A DNA stretch of 36,536 nucleotides from assembly GCA_023819605.1 (NCBI GenBank), contig JAMWCB010000003.1, positions 1-36,536 of the forward strand, given 5' to 3'. Of this stretch, positions 19,672-29,266 are shown in pieces. Source of the DNA: Candidatus Omnitrophota bacterium. Its GTDB lineage: Bacteria; Omnitrophota; Gorgyraeia; B26-G9. Each line of letters starts with the position of its first letter. Within the stretch, counting starts at the first letter, position 1. Made by a program: the position numbers and the translations under genes. Under the pieces are notes generated by a model. It saw nothing but the letters and a program-made list of their open reading frames with translations. It ran no database searches and had not been told where the DNA came from.

Positions 19672-20468
19672 CTCCGCATCGTTTCGCGCGCAAACATACG
19701 CAGCACTTCGATAACCTCCGCCTGCGTCTCAACGCAATACTGCGCCCCGGATCTTTTCTGCCGGCCGACGACAATTCCGACATCGCTTTCCCGCAAAATC
19801 CGGAACACGTCCTCGTCGGTGCGATCATCGCCGATATAGACCGCCACCCGCTCCCGCGGCGGTATCCCGCTCTGCCGCCACAGCCATCGCACCGCGTGCC
19901 CTTTATTCCAGGGGCGCGCCGGCCGCGCCTCCCGGACCAACGCGCCTTCGAGCGTTTCCAGCATTCCCTGTTCCCGCCACGGCCGAATACAGTGCTGGAA
20001 ACAGGATCTCACCGTACGCCGCCGCTGTGCCGCAACCGCGCGGTAGTGGAGCGCCACGGAAAACAGCTTGCCCTCGATCAACACGCCGGGAATATCGGCG
20101 CACACCCGCCGCAAACACCGTTCTACCGCAACCAGCGCCTGCGCGATTGCCGGCGATAATTTCCGCGTATAAGCGCCCTGCGGGGTCTGAATACACCAGC
20201 CGTGATCGCCGGCATAGGAAATATCCGGGATCGCCACCCGGCGGCGCAAATCCGCCAATGGCCGGCCGCTGACCACCGCGAGGCGGACGCGCGGCAACGC
20301 CGCGCACTGCCGCAGCACGCGACGCACCGCCGGCGCTAACCGCGCCTGTTCCGGCCGCGCGGCAAACGGCGCCAGCGTGCCGTCATAATCCACACCAAGC
20401 ATCACCTGCCGCCCGGCCAGTTTCCGACAAATCTCCGCTTGCGCGCGCCGGAAATCTTGAGGCATCAT
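19668..20468 (-). CDS. otsB: Trehalose-6-phosphate phosphatase (HAD)
   Basis: DYDGTL, VSGR, ALHYR, WNKG, YIGDDRTDED. Confidence 0.94.
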   Translation of the reverse strand: MMPQDFRRAQAEICRKLAGRQVMLGVDYDGTLAPFAARPEQARLAPAVRRVLRQCAALPRVRLAVVSGRPLADLRRRVAIPDISYAGDHGWCIQTPQGAYTRKLSPAIAQALVAVERCLRRVCADIPGVLIEGKLFSVALHYRAVAAQRRRTVRSCFQHCIRPWREQGMLETLEGALVREARPARPWNKGHAVRWLWRQSGIPPRERVAVYIGDDRTDEDVFRILRESDVGIVVGRQKRSGAQYCVETQAEVIEVLRMFARETMRR

Positions 20469-22735
20469 GCGTCCCGTTTCAAAGCCATTAATTCATTAAA
20501 AATCGTCCCGGCCCAGCGGAAAATATTATTCTCTTTGACCAGCGCGCGCATCCGTTCCATACGGCGCTGTTTTTCCTCCACCGGCATCACGATCGCCTGG
20601 TGCACCCCCTGCGCAAATTCTTCGATCGAATAGGGGTTGATCTGCACCGCATCGGTCAATTCACGCGCCGCGCCGGTAAACTTACTGAGCACGAGCATAC
20701 CGTTCAAATCATCTTTTGCCGTCACGTATTCTTTAGCCACCAAATTCATGCCGTCATGCAGCGAACTGACGATGCAGATATCGCCAACCTGATAATAAGG
20801 CAATATCTCGTCCTGGGAAAAATGATGTTTAAGATAGATGATCGGTTTCCACGTTCCGTCGGAATAATTCCAGTTTATTTTCTCGACCAGCTCATCCAGT
20901 TCGCCGAGCAGGTCGTGATAGCGTTTAATATGGGTGCGGCTGGGCGCCGCCAACTGCAACAATACGAATTTTCCCCGGTACTCCGGATAGCGGGTCAATA
21001 AACGGTCAACGGCAAGCATTCGTTCGTTCAATCCTTTCGTATAATCGATACGGTCGACGCCGACCGCGACAATTTTACCCTCCAGCGAAAATTCTTCGCG
21101 CAGCCGGCGTACGCCGCCGCTCACCGCCGGCTGCCCACGTTCGGAACCGGCAACGGCCACGCTGATCGGAAACGGACGGACAAGGGTTTCGTGCCCGGCG
21201 CAATGCACGCTGAATTTTTCCGTATCGATCCGCGATTCTAAAAAACGGTTGGCGGTTTCCAAAAAATTATTACAATGGAACTGCAAATGAAATCCGATCA
21301 AATCGCAGCCGAGCATGCCGTCTAATATTTCCTGCTGATAGGGGCAAATCGCGAACACTTCCGGATTCGGCCAGGGGATATGCCAAAACAGAGCGACCGT
21401 CACGTCCGGCCGCCGCGCTTTAATCATCCGCGGCAAGAGCGTGAAATGATAATCCTGAATAAACACGAACGCATGCCCATCCTGCGGCAGTTCTTCGAGC
21501 AGAGCGTCGGCAAAACGCTGGTTAACTTTTTGATACATCTGCCAATCGGCACTGCGGAACAGCGGCCGCGTATGCGTAATATGACAGAGCGGCCACAGCC
21601 CTTCATTGGCAAATCCGTAGTAATATCCCTGCTCTTCCGCTTTCGAAAGCCAGACGCGTTTGAGCACGTAGCGGATATCTTCCGGCGGCACGCCCACCTT
21701 ATCTTTGGCATTGACAAAAGCGCGATCCGCGCTGCCGCTGCCGTGCGCCAGCCACATACCGCCGCAGGCGCGCAAAATCGGGTCAAGCGCGGTCACGACC
21801 CCGCTGGCCGGACGCACGCATACCGGACGGTTCGTCTGCTGATTCACGATATGCATATAAGGCTCGCGGTTGGACACCGCGAAAAACCCGTGGTCGCCGA
21901 GTTTAGCCACGACGATATCCCGCAATTTTTTCTCCGTCCATAATTCCGTGTTTTCCAGCCGCGCCGACGCGGTGTCCGCAACCGCCCGCCGCGCGACCCG
22001 CAAACTCAGCGCAACCTGTTCCACTTCTCCGGCCAACGCCCGCATCTCATCAGCGCCTTTAATCGACGAAAACGCGCTGGTTTCTCCGCGATGAAACCGG
22101 CGGAACCAATCGGTCAGCTGCCGCAGCGGAAAAATAAACAGCCGCCACTGCATGAGCACGCTCACGCAAAACAGCAGAATAACCAGCACGATTACCGGCA
22201 TACCGATGCGCTCCCAGAGCTGCGCTAAACGAAAAAAGACATAGGAGGTATCATAGACTACTTCCACCATGCCTAAGCGGCGGCCGGCAGCATCACTGAC
22301 CGGTAGGCGGTATCGGTACAGCACATACTCCTGATACCGTTCCAGCGAAGTAGCCGCGCCTGACTCCACCGATTCCGGAAGAGGCATGGCCGGCGAAAAT
22401 TGTTCCTGGAGGAAAGCAATCCGCCGAGTTATGGCGAAAATCTTGCCGGCTTCATCATACAGAACGCAGCCCTGAAAATTTTTCCGCGTTTCAAACCGCT
22501 CGACCAGCCGCTGCGCTGCCGGAACATCCCGCTGCGCCAGCACATACTGCGCGGACACTTCCAGGCTTTCCGCCACCGCGCGCGCTTTCCGCTGCAACTC
22601 GTCGAGCAGGCGGTTTTCTTCCCGGCGGACGTTCCAAATCCCGTAACCGATCAGAACCGCGCACACCACGATGAGAATGGGCAAAAAGAAAAGAATTAAG
22701 CGTTTCAAAAAGCCTCCCCTGAATCTCCCCGACAC
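20465..22735 (-). CDS. otsA: Trehalose-6-phosphate synthase (GT20) with an N-terminal TM-periplasmic-TM-HAMP-like module
   Basis: [67 protein letters not shown]; about 260 extra N-terminal residues with two hydrophobic helices. Confidence 0.94.
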   Translation of the reverse strand: MSGRFRGGFLKRLILFFLPILIVVCAVLIGYGIWNVRREENRLLDELQRKARAVAESLEVSAQYVLAQRDVPAAQRLVERFETRKNFQGCVLYDEAGKIFAITRRIAFLQEQFSPAMPLPESVESGAATSLERYQEYVLYRYRLPVSDAAGRRLGMVEVVYDTSYVFFRLAQLWERIGMPVIVLVILLFCVSVLMQWRLFIFPLRQLTDWFRRFHRGETSAFSSIKGADEMRALAGEVEQVALSLRVARRAVADTASARLENTELWTEKKLRDIVVAKLGDHGFFAVSNREPYMHIVNQQTNRPVCVRPASGVVTALDPILRACGGMWLAHGSGSADRAFVNAKDKVGVPPEDIRYVLKRVWLSKAEEQGYYYGFANEGLWPLCHITHTRPLFRSADWQMYQKVNQRFADALLEELPQDGHAFVFIQDYHFTLLPRMIKARRPDVTVALFWHIPWPNPEVFAICPYQQEILDGMLGCDLIGFHLQFHCNNFLETANRFLESRIDTEKFSVHCAGHETLVRPFPISVAVAGSERGQPAVSGGVRRLREEFSLEGKIVAVGVDRIDYTKGLNERMLAVDRLLTRYPEYRGKFVLLQLAAPSRTHIKRYHDLLGELDELVEKINWNYSDGTWKPIIYLKHHFSQDEILPYYQVGDICIVSSLHDGMNLVAKEYVTAKDDLNGMLVLSKFTGAARELTDAVQINPYSIEEFAQGVHQAIVMPVEEKQRRMERMRALVKENNIFRWAGTIFNELMALKRDA

Positions 22736-22798
22736 TATCCGTTACGGCCGTCTGAAAATACCGTGAGAAGAACACTACTGGCGCACATCCGGAGTGAT

Positions 22799-22831
22799 AA
22801 AAAAACGCCATCCGGATAATTACGGATGGCG
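22799..22831 (-). terminator. Leader terminator (expression platform) upstream of otsA
   Basis: CGCCATCCG-TAATTATC-CGGATGGCG-TTTTTTT. Confidence 0.85.
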
Positions 22832-22880
22832 GCCCGACCATCGACAATGCCTCCGAAGCGGTTGCTTCGGACCCTTAATT
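22826..22880 (-). ncRNA. Candidate Na+-sensing (DUF1646-type) riboswitch aptamer
   Basis: AAGGG-TCCGAAGC-AACC-GCTTCGGA-GGCATTGTCGATGGTCGGGCCGCC between promoter and terminator; the 3' end overlaps the terminator stem. Family match recalled from memory, not searched. Confidence 0.6.
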
Positions 22881-22883
22881 TTT

Positions 22884-22911
22884 AGTATAACGCCGCTCAA
22901 CAAGATGTCAA
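22884..22911 (-). promoter_or_regulatory. Sigma70 promoter of the trehalose operon
   Basis: TTGACA-16 nt-TATACT; the -35 overlaps the suhB stop codon. Confidence 0.75.
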
Positions 22912-23726
22912 GAAGTAATCCCGGTTTTTCCGCTTGTTAATGCCGGCGGACGGCGGTGCAGCACCGCCCGCATCGCCCGGTGCAGCCGCCCATTGGACGC
23001 CAGCATATTTCCCGCCGCATGGTCATAAGGTTTGCCGTCGAAACCGCTTATTTTTCCGCCGGCGCACTCGATAATCAAACCGGCCGCCGCCGTGTCCCAG
23101 GGCTTCAAATCCAGTTCCCAAAACCCGTCGAACCGGCCGCCGGCGACATAGCATAAATCCAGCGCCGCCGCGCCGGCGCGGCGCACGGCCATGCTGCGCA
23201 TGATAAACGCCGCGAAATGATCGAGATTATTTTCCTTTTTTTCCCGCACCTGGTAGGAAAAGCCGGTCGCCAAAAACGCGCGGTCCAAGCGCGCCTGGCG
23301 GGAAACCGCAATCCGCTGCCGGTTCAAACGCGCCGCTTCACCGGCAGCCGCGGTAAACAGTTCATCGCGCACCGGATCATAGACCACCCCCACCACCATG
23401 CGCCCGTCCTGTTCCAAGGCGATGGATACGCAAAAAAACGGGAACTGGTGGGCGAAATTCGTCGTGCCGTCCAGCGGATCGATAATCCAGCGTGCCGACC
23501 GGCCGGCCTCTGCCGGGCGCTCCTCCGCCAGTATCCCGTACGCGGGAAAATCTTTTTTCAACCTGCGCACAATCATTTCTTCCGCGCGCACATCGACATT
23601 CGTCACGATATTTATCGCGCCTTTATATTCAACCTGTTTTGGCCGGCGAAGATTTTTCCGGATAAACGAACCGGCATTTAAAGCCGCGGCGACCGCGGCT
23701 TTTTTTTCCTTCTGAAATTTCATCAT
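22908..23726 (-). CDS. suhB: Inositol monophosphatase family protein
   Basis: WIIDPLDGTTNFAH, RRAGAAALDL, LKPWDTAA. Confidence 0.93.
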   Translation of the reverse strand: MMKFQKEKKAAVAAALNAGSFIRKNLRRPKQVEYKGAINIVTNVDVRAEEMIVRRLKKDFPAYGILAEERPAEAGRSARWIIDPLDGTTNFAHQFPFFCVSIALEQDGRMVVGVVYDPVRDELFTAAAGEAARLNRQRIAVSRQARLDRAFLATGFSYQVREKKENNLDHFAAFIMRSMAVRRAGAAALDLCYVAGGRFDGFWELDLKPWDTAAAGLIIECAGGKISGFDGKPYDHAAGNMLASNGRLHRAMRAVLHRRPPALTSGKTGITS

Positions 23727-24961
23727 CGTTTAAGCCGTTGAATATCCGCCGTGAGCCGCTCCCCAATATCCGGGTGCAATCCCACATACACCGCGGCAAT
23801 CACCCCGTCCCGCCCGACCACGACCACCTGCGGAATCGACTCCACGCCTAATTGCCGGGCAAACGCCGCGCCGCCGTCGAAAAAAACCGGTAATTGATAA
23901 CCGTTCTGCGCGATAAATTCCGCGACCACGTCTTTTTCTTCCGCGCTCACCGCTAAAAATTGCACCTGCGCATCGGTTTTCCATTCCTGGTACCATTGAT
24001 CGAGCAACGGCAGTTCTTTCTGACAGGGCGGGCACCAGCTTGCCCAAAAATCGATGACCGCGATCTTATTTTTAATCTGCGCGCGCTTAAACAGCTGACC
24101 CCGCGCGTCGAGGAGCGTAAAATCCGGACAGGGTTTGCCGACCAGCGGATGCTCCGCGCCCTGCGGCGATTCCCCCGCGTCCGGCGCGCCGACCGCTGCG
24201 CTCATATCCATTACTTCCACGCCTTCCGGCGGCGTATAGGAAAACAGCTCGTCCGGCAATTCTTTATTTTGCGCGACCTCCGTATACACAACCTGCGATA
24301 ACCGCCGCTGCTGCGCATTATACACTTCGATTTTTTCGCAATACGCGCCGGCCGTATTCCAATAGTAACTCATCTTTTCCGGAATGGTCTCCGCGCCTGC
24401 CGGATTGCCTTCCGCCTGCAAACGCTGCTCTATTTTTTTCCGCGCGGCCTCGGTCATCTGCAGCCGCACAATCTGAACGCGATACCCGTCGGACTGCGAC
24501 TCCTCAACCTGCACCGGCGCGTAGGTCTCGAGCACTCCCCGAAACTGCGCGGCGGGACTGAACTGCGCCAGCAGCATTTTTCCCTGCTCGCTGTCCGGCG
24601 CGGTGAGCACCTTCATCGCCCGCACGGACTTTCCTTCCGGCGTGCGCTGTTCCTGCCAAAACGTCGCGCCGTCGTACACGGACAAACTGTGCACGGTTTG
24701 GCCGTCGGGCAAGCCGCTGACCGCAAGCTCGGCGCGGAATTTATCCGGGTATTTCTGGCGCACCGGGCCGCTGACCGTTATTTCCATGCCGCTCATCGAA
24801 TTCGTCTGGCGGATAGTCGCGGAAAAATTCCGCACTGTTTCATACCGGGCCTGTATTTCTTTGACCAACATCGCGGGGCTGATTTCTTCAGCGGCCGCCG
24901 CGTACCCGGTCCAGACCCCGACGACGATCACCGCGCTCACGCACAATTTCCGTATCTGCAC
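23723..24961 (-). CDS. Exported LolA-like fold fused to a TlpA/ResA thioredoxin
   Basis: AAAGGAG RBS and GTG at 24961, signal peptide, KYPDKFRAE..VYDGATFW..LPDELFSYTPPEGVEV, then PDFTL..IDFWASWCPPCQKELP. Confidence 0.85.
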   Translation of the reverse strand: MQIRKLCVSAVIVVGVWTGYAAAAEEISPAMLVKEIQARYETVRNFSATIRQTNSMSGMEITVSGPVRQKYPDKFRAELAVSGLPDGQTVHSLSVYDGATFWQEQRTPEGKSVRAMKVLTAPDSEQGKMLLAQFSPAAQFRGVLETYAPVQVEESQSDGYRVQIVRLQMTEAARKKIEQRLQAEGNPAGAETIPEKMSYYWNTAGAYCEKIEVYNAQQRRLSQVVYTEVAQNKELPDELFSYTPPEGVEVMDMSAAVGAPDAGESPQGAEHPLVGKPCPDFTLLDARGQLFKRAQIKNKIAVIDFWASWCPPCQKELPLLDQWYQEWKTDAQVQFLAVSAEEKDVVAEFIAQNGYQLPVFFDGGAAFARQLGVESIPQVVVVGRDGVIAAVYVGLHPDIGERLTADIQRLKR

Positions 24962-24992
24962 ACATACTCCTTTCTGCTTCCGTTCGCCGGCT

Positions 24993-25748
24993 TCACACGC
25001 ATATCCGCAACCCGTCGCGGGCCACCCGCGCCTGCGGAAAAACCTGCCGCGCCTGCGCCTGCGCCTGCGCCCGCTGCGCGGTCGTGCGATAAACCTGCGC
25101 GTCAAAATGCGTCAACATCAGTTGTTTGGCCCCGGCCTGCCGCGCCAATCCCGCCGCCTTATGCGGATCCAGGTGCGGCCACCCGCCGTCATCCTGCCCC
25201 AATTGCAGCGCGCATTCCGTAATTAAAATATCCGCGGCGCGCGCCAATTTCACCGCGTTTGCACAGATACCGGTATCCGTGCAATAGGCCAGCGTCCTGC
25301 CGGAGAGTTCGAAACGATAACCGAAACAGACGGACGAATGCACCAGCGGCAGCGCGATACCGCCGCCGCCCGGCAAGGAAAACCGCCGCGGCACCGAACG
25401 CAACTCCACGGGAAACGGCAACTGCGCCAGCGGCACCGTCAACGGCTGCGCGCACAAACGCCGCACCGCCGCGCGCAATGCCGGCGGCGTAAAAATCGTC
25501 AGCCCGCGCGCAAACGAAAATTTCGCCAACACGTGCAAACCGACGGTATGATCCAGATGGGCGTGGCTTAAAAACAAATACACCGGCTTCTGTTGATCGA
25601 TAACGCTGTCCAGCTTATGCAAGCCATAGCCGGCGTCGAGAATCACCACGCATTCCGGCGTATCGGCCACCGCGCAGACCGTACTGCCGGTGGGTGAATC
25701 AAACCAGCCGTTCGTCCCTAAAAACGTAATCTGTATCGCTTTTTTCAT
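24993..25748 (-). CDS. Metallo-beta-lactamase fold hydrolase, RNase Z/BN-like
   Basis: ITFLGTNG, LDAG, SHAHLDH, YCTDTG, WPH, LTHF. Confidence 0.88.
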   Translation of the reverse strand: MKKAIQITFLGTNGWFDSPTGSTVCAVADTPECVVILDAGYGLHKLDSVIDQQKPVYLFLSHAHLDHTVGLHVLAKFSFARGLTIFTPPALRAAVRRLCAQPLTVPLAQLPFPVELRSVPRRFSLPGGGGIALPLVHSSVCFGYRFELSGRTLAYCTDTGICANAVKLARAADILITECALQLGQDDGGWPHLDPHKAAGLARQAGAKQLMLTHFDAQVYRTTAQRAQAQAQARQVFPQARVARDGLRICV

Positions 25749-25769
25749 TGCCTACCTTGCCGGACATCG

Positions 25770-26144
25770 TCAGCGCAAATCATCGGACAGGTCGTAGCGG
25801 ATCAGCGCCAGTATCGCCGCGTGCGGCACAATCACATATTTTACATTTTCGAATTCGAATTCCACCGCGGCGCTGCGCAGGAAAATCGCCCGGTCATGCT
25901 CGCGCGCCTGCAAAGGCACATAATGCGGCGTCGCCGCCTCGCGGGCTTCGGCCCACGGTTCTTTGTGCAAATCCTGAGGATCGGCCACCGGCGTACCCGG
26001 CCCGACGCTGACCACCTTGCCGCTATGGACTTTTTCCTTCTCGTACGTTCCCTGGGGAAGATAGAGCCCGGAATTGGTCATTTCCTTTTGATCATCGGGC
26101 TTGATCAGCACCCGATCGCCGACGATTATCAATTCGCGCTTCAT
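25770..26144 (-). CDS. GroES-family co-chaperonin, stand-alone
   Basis: IVGDRVLIKPD..TNSGLYLP..GKVVSVGPG..AILALI. Confidence 0.88.
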   Translation of the reverse strand: MKRELIIVGDRVLIKPDDQKEMTNSGLYLPQGTYEKEKVHSGKVVSVGPGTPVADPQDLHKEPWAEAREAATPHYVPLQAREHDRAIFLRSAAVEFEFENVKYVIVPHAAILALIRYDLSDDLR

Positions 26145-26459
26145 GGTAGAGCGTATTATAACACACAATCATGGCAAGAAAAAAATTTTTTGGGCACTGT
26201 CTAAGCGGAAAGCAGGAATAATTTTCTGTGCGCCGACAGAGAAAGTTATCTTTGAAATGGCAATGCTAATGGTGGCCATACGCCAAACTGAGCAACCAGC
26301 AAAAAATAATCAACAAAAATGAGCAAAAATGTACTCTATCCGGTATAATTATTGCTGAAACTTGGATAACAATCGTGCCTAAAAGCGTACCCGTGAAATT
26401 ACGGGATCAACACATGTATTCACGTTAAACGAAATTATAAACACAACCATCGGTAACCA

Positions 26460-27299
26460 ATGAAAAAAAATACGTTAACAATTTTTACCTGCCTGCTTTT
26501 TACGGCCACCATTCCCCATCAAGCTCTTTGTGCGTCATTTCTTTCGCCTCGCCTATCAATTAATCAAAAAAATTTTAATAATACCATTGCCGCGCCTTAT
26601 CCAGATCGTGCGATAATAAATCCATCCTCTCTCCCTACCATGGTTGATCTGGATATTTTAGAAGACACGGTTTTTTCCGGAAAAACAGAAGAAGTTTATT
26701 TAATGATCCAGCAGGCGACCGCAGCCAATGATCATTTCCTATGGTTTATTCCGGAAGAAGATGACGACGATAGCTTTTTAAAGTATCAACCGGAATATAA
26801 TAATGTCGCTCTTTCCGTAAAGGGACAAATTTTTGCTGATAAAATAACCGCGCAGATACAACAATTCGCCGATCGGTATGATTTTTCTTAGGATATCTAT
26901 GAACATCCCTTCGCACAGATCGCGGAAGAACTGCTTTCCAACCTCTGGCGGCACTCTAACGCGTGGGGCATATTTGCCGTTCGGCTAATCCCCAAACCCG
27001 GACAAAGTGAAATAATTCTCGAAATCAGCCTTATTGACCATGGCGATGGCATTGATGATATCGATGCGATATTAGAAGGCGAATTTGAAAGGAAAGACAG
27101 TCCGGGAGAAGGGATTGCCAATTTAAAAAAAATATATAAAAATTTCGGAATACCCAGCGAGTTCATATTCAACAGCGAAACTCAAAAAAACTATCACGGC
27201 ACCGCCGTAACCATAAAACTATTTTCTCGACAAAAGATTAATACTCCTTTACTCAAAAAAGAAATAAACTATTCACATTTTTTTTCTTCTGCCGTTTAA
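26460..27299 (+). pseudogene. Signal-peptide protein with an RsbT/RsbW-like GHKL ATPase domain, interrupted by an in-frame TAG at 26889-26891
   Basis: The frame stays open for 135 codons after the TAG: EELLSNLWRH (N box), DHGDGI (G1), PGEGI (G2), HGTAVTI, ending in TAA at 27297-27299. Region is visibly AT-rich. Confidence 0.75.
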
Positions 27300-27310
27300 T
27301 CTTCTGCTCA

Positions 27311-27541
27311 TCATTTCCCGGTCAACACATCAATGCGTTTTTTATCAAATCCGACAATGACTTCCCCGTCGATCACCACCACCGGCACGCCCATCTGTCC
27401 GGAAACTTCTACCATTTTCTGCGCTTCCGCCTCATCCTGGGAAACATCCACTTCGGTATACGCAAACCCCTTGGCGGAAAGGTACTGTTTGGCAAGTTTG
27501 CAATACGGACAGGTCGGCGTCGAATAGACGGTAATATCCAT
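27311..27541 (-). CDS. Glutaredoxin-like protein (NrdH/YruB type)
   Basis: VYSTPTCPYC, SGQMGVPV, IVGFD. Confidence 0.93.
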   Translation of the reverse strand: MDITVYSTPTCPYCKLAKQYLSAKGFAYTEVDVSQDEAEAQKMVEVSGQMGVPVVVIDGEVIVGFDKKRIDVLTGK

Positions 27542-27542
27542 G

Positions 27543-28040
27543 CTATCGCTCCTTGTTAAAATAACTTTTCAACTGGCACAATTTCACCAAATGTTTCTTT
27601 TCTTCGCGGATAATCCGGTCAATCACCGGCTGTTGTGCGTTCACGATACGATCGCGCAGCGCGCCATAAGCTAAAATGGAATCCTTTTCCAGCGCGATGC
27701 CGAACTCTACCGCGGCAATTTCCGTAGGAAAATGCTCTTTAATTTTTTGCGCAATCAGCTGCGGCGTGACGATAAACTCCGCGGCGATCGCCTGCATATA
27801 GAGCTCCCACTCCTGCGGACTGTTATCCACCACGACGTATTCCGTCAAATTATCAAGGATCTCTTCAAAAATCTCGCGGTGCCGCACTTCCTCGGCGCGC
27901 AAAAAATGCCAAATACTCCGCACCCGTTCGTCCATGGCGCGATGTTCCAGCGCCGCGTACAGCTGCTCGCCATTGTGTTCGACGTCCACGGCGATTTTCA
28001 GCAACTCCGCCGGACTGATACCCGCGGGAATCTTCTCCAT
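27543..28040 (-). CDS. Ferritin-like (rubrerythrin-family) diiron protein
   Basis: IAVDVE, EEVRH, IALEKDS, EEKKH. Confidence 0.88.
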   Translation of the reverse strand: MEKIPAGISPAELLKIAVDVEHNGEQLYAALEHRAMDERVRSIWHFLRAEEVRHREIFEEILDNLTEYVVVDNSPQEWELYMQAIAAEFIVTPQLIAQKIKEHFPTEIAAVEFGIALEKDSILAYGALRDRIVNAQQPVIDRIIREEKKHLVKLCQLKSYFNKER

Positions 28041-28055
28041 AGCTCCCTTCCTGCG

Positions 28056-29234
28056 TTACGTCGTTAAACGTTTTTTCACTTCCGCCGCCACGGCGCATAG
28101 TTGCGCCAACTCCGCGGCGTCGGGAATATAGCGCACATAGTGGCCGTCATCCATCGGCTCAATCCCGGCTTCGCGCAAAAAATCCGTCAACATTTTAAAA
28201 CCCACGGTTGACCAACCGTACGAACCGAATGTCACCCCATAGCGATTGCGCGGCTTAAGGCCGCGCACATAAGTCAGGAACGCGCCCACCGTCGGCAACA
28301 CATTATTATTCAAAATAGAACTGCCCACCAACACGCATTTGCTGCGCATCACCTCGGTTATCACATCGGACAAACCGCTGGTCTGCAGGCTCAGCAAAGA
28401 AACCGGGATATTCTCTTTTTCTATCGCGTAAAACAATGCCTGCGCCATTTTTTCCGTGGAATGCCACATCGAATCATAAATGATCACCGCGCGGTTTTCC
28501 GCTTCATAGCGCGCCCAGCGGCCGTACAAATCGACGATCCGGCGAATATCTTCCGGCCGGCGCCAGAACAAACCGTGCGACGGCAAAATCATCTCCAGCG
28601 GCAACGCTTGGAGCGCCTCCAACACTTTTACCACCTGGTTGCCGTAAGGCATGACGATATTCGCGTAATACTTCGCCGCCTGCTCGCAGACACGGTCAAT
28701 GCCGTATTCGTCGGCGAAACGTTCCGGCGAAGCGATATGCTGGCCGAACGCGTCATTGGGAAACAAAATGCGGTCTGCCGGCGAATAGGTGGCCATCGAA
28801 TCCGGCCAATGCACCATCGGCATCAGGAAAAACTGCAGGCTGCGGCGTCCGATGGACAGCGTGTCGCCGGTATTGACCACTTTAAATTTCCAATTTTTCT
28901 TAAAATGGCGCCGCAAGCCTTCTTCGCCTTTCGGCGAACAGACGACCTCCGCCTGCGGGCAATAGGCCAGCAGTTGCTCGATGGTTCCGGAATGGTCCAT
29001 TTCCGTGTGATTGGAAATAATATAGCGGATATTTGCCGGGTCAATGACCGCGCGGATCCGCGCGAGCATCTCGTCGAATCCGTAGGATTTTACGGTGTCA
29101 ATCAACGTCGGCTTTTCGTCGAGCACGATAAACGCATTATACGTCGAGCCGGCCGGCGTCGCGTAACCGTGAAAATTCCGCAAATTCCCGTCGATAAAAC
29201 CGACCCAATGGATCTCGTTTTTAATCAGACTCAT
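28056..29234 (-). CDS. fprA: Flavodiiron protein (O2/NO reductase)
   Basis: GSTYNA, NHTEMDHSG, HWPDSM, NDAFGQH, PSHG, flavodoxin YDSMWHST..FGSYGWS. Confidence 0.95.
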   Translation of the reverse strand: MSLIKNEIHWVGFIDGNLRNFHGYATPAGSTYNAFIVLDEKPTLIDTVKSYGFDEMLARIRAVIDPANIRYIISNHTEMDHSGTIEQLLAYCPQAEVVCSPKGEEGLRRHFKKNWKFKVVNTGDTLSIGRRSLQFFLMPMVHWPDSMATYSPADRILFPNDAFGQHIASPERFADEYGIDRVCEQAAKYYANIVMPYGNQVVKVLEALQALPLEMILPSHGLFWRRPEDIRRIVDLYGRWARYEAENRAVIIYDSMWHSTEKMAQALFYAIEKENIPVSLLSLQTSGLSDVITEVMRSKCVLVGSSILNNNVLPTVGAFLTYVRGLKPRNRYGVTFGSYGWSTVGFKMLTDFLREAGIEPMDDGHYVRYIPDAAELAQLCAVAAEVKKRLTT

Positions 29235-29266
29235 CTGCTCTGCCTCTGCGCCCGTACTGCCGCGTC

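Noticed and set aside
25049-25072. GCGCCT tandem repeat
   Set aside because: Only about 4 units encoding AQAQ in a helix; too short to imply phase variation.
26390-26405. CCCGT-GAAATT-ACGGG hairpin as a c-di-GMP-I riboswitch
   Set aside because: Flanking GGCAAA/GCAAA elements and the second stem are absent.
26889-26891. Genome-wide TAG reassignment
   Set aside because: TAG terminates the ferritin-like gene at 27543 immediately before the next start, and no other gene examined needs readthrough.
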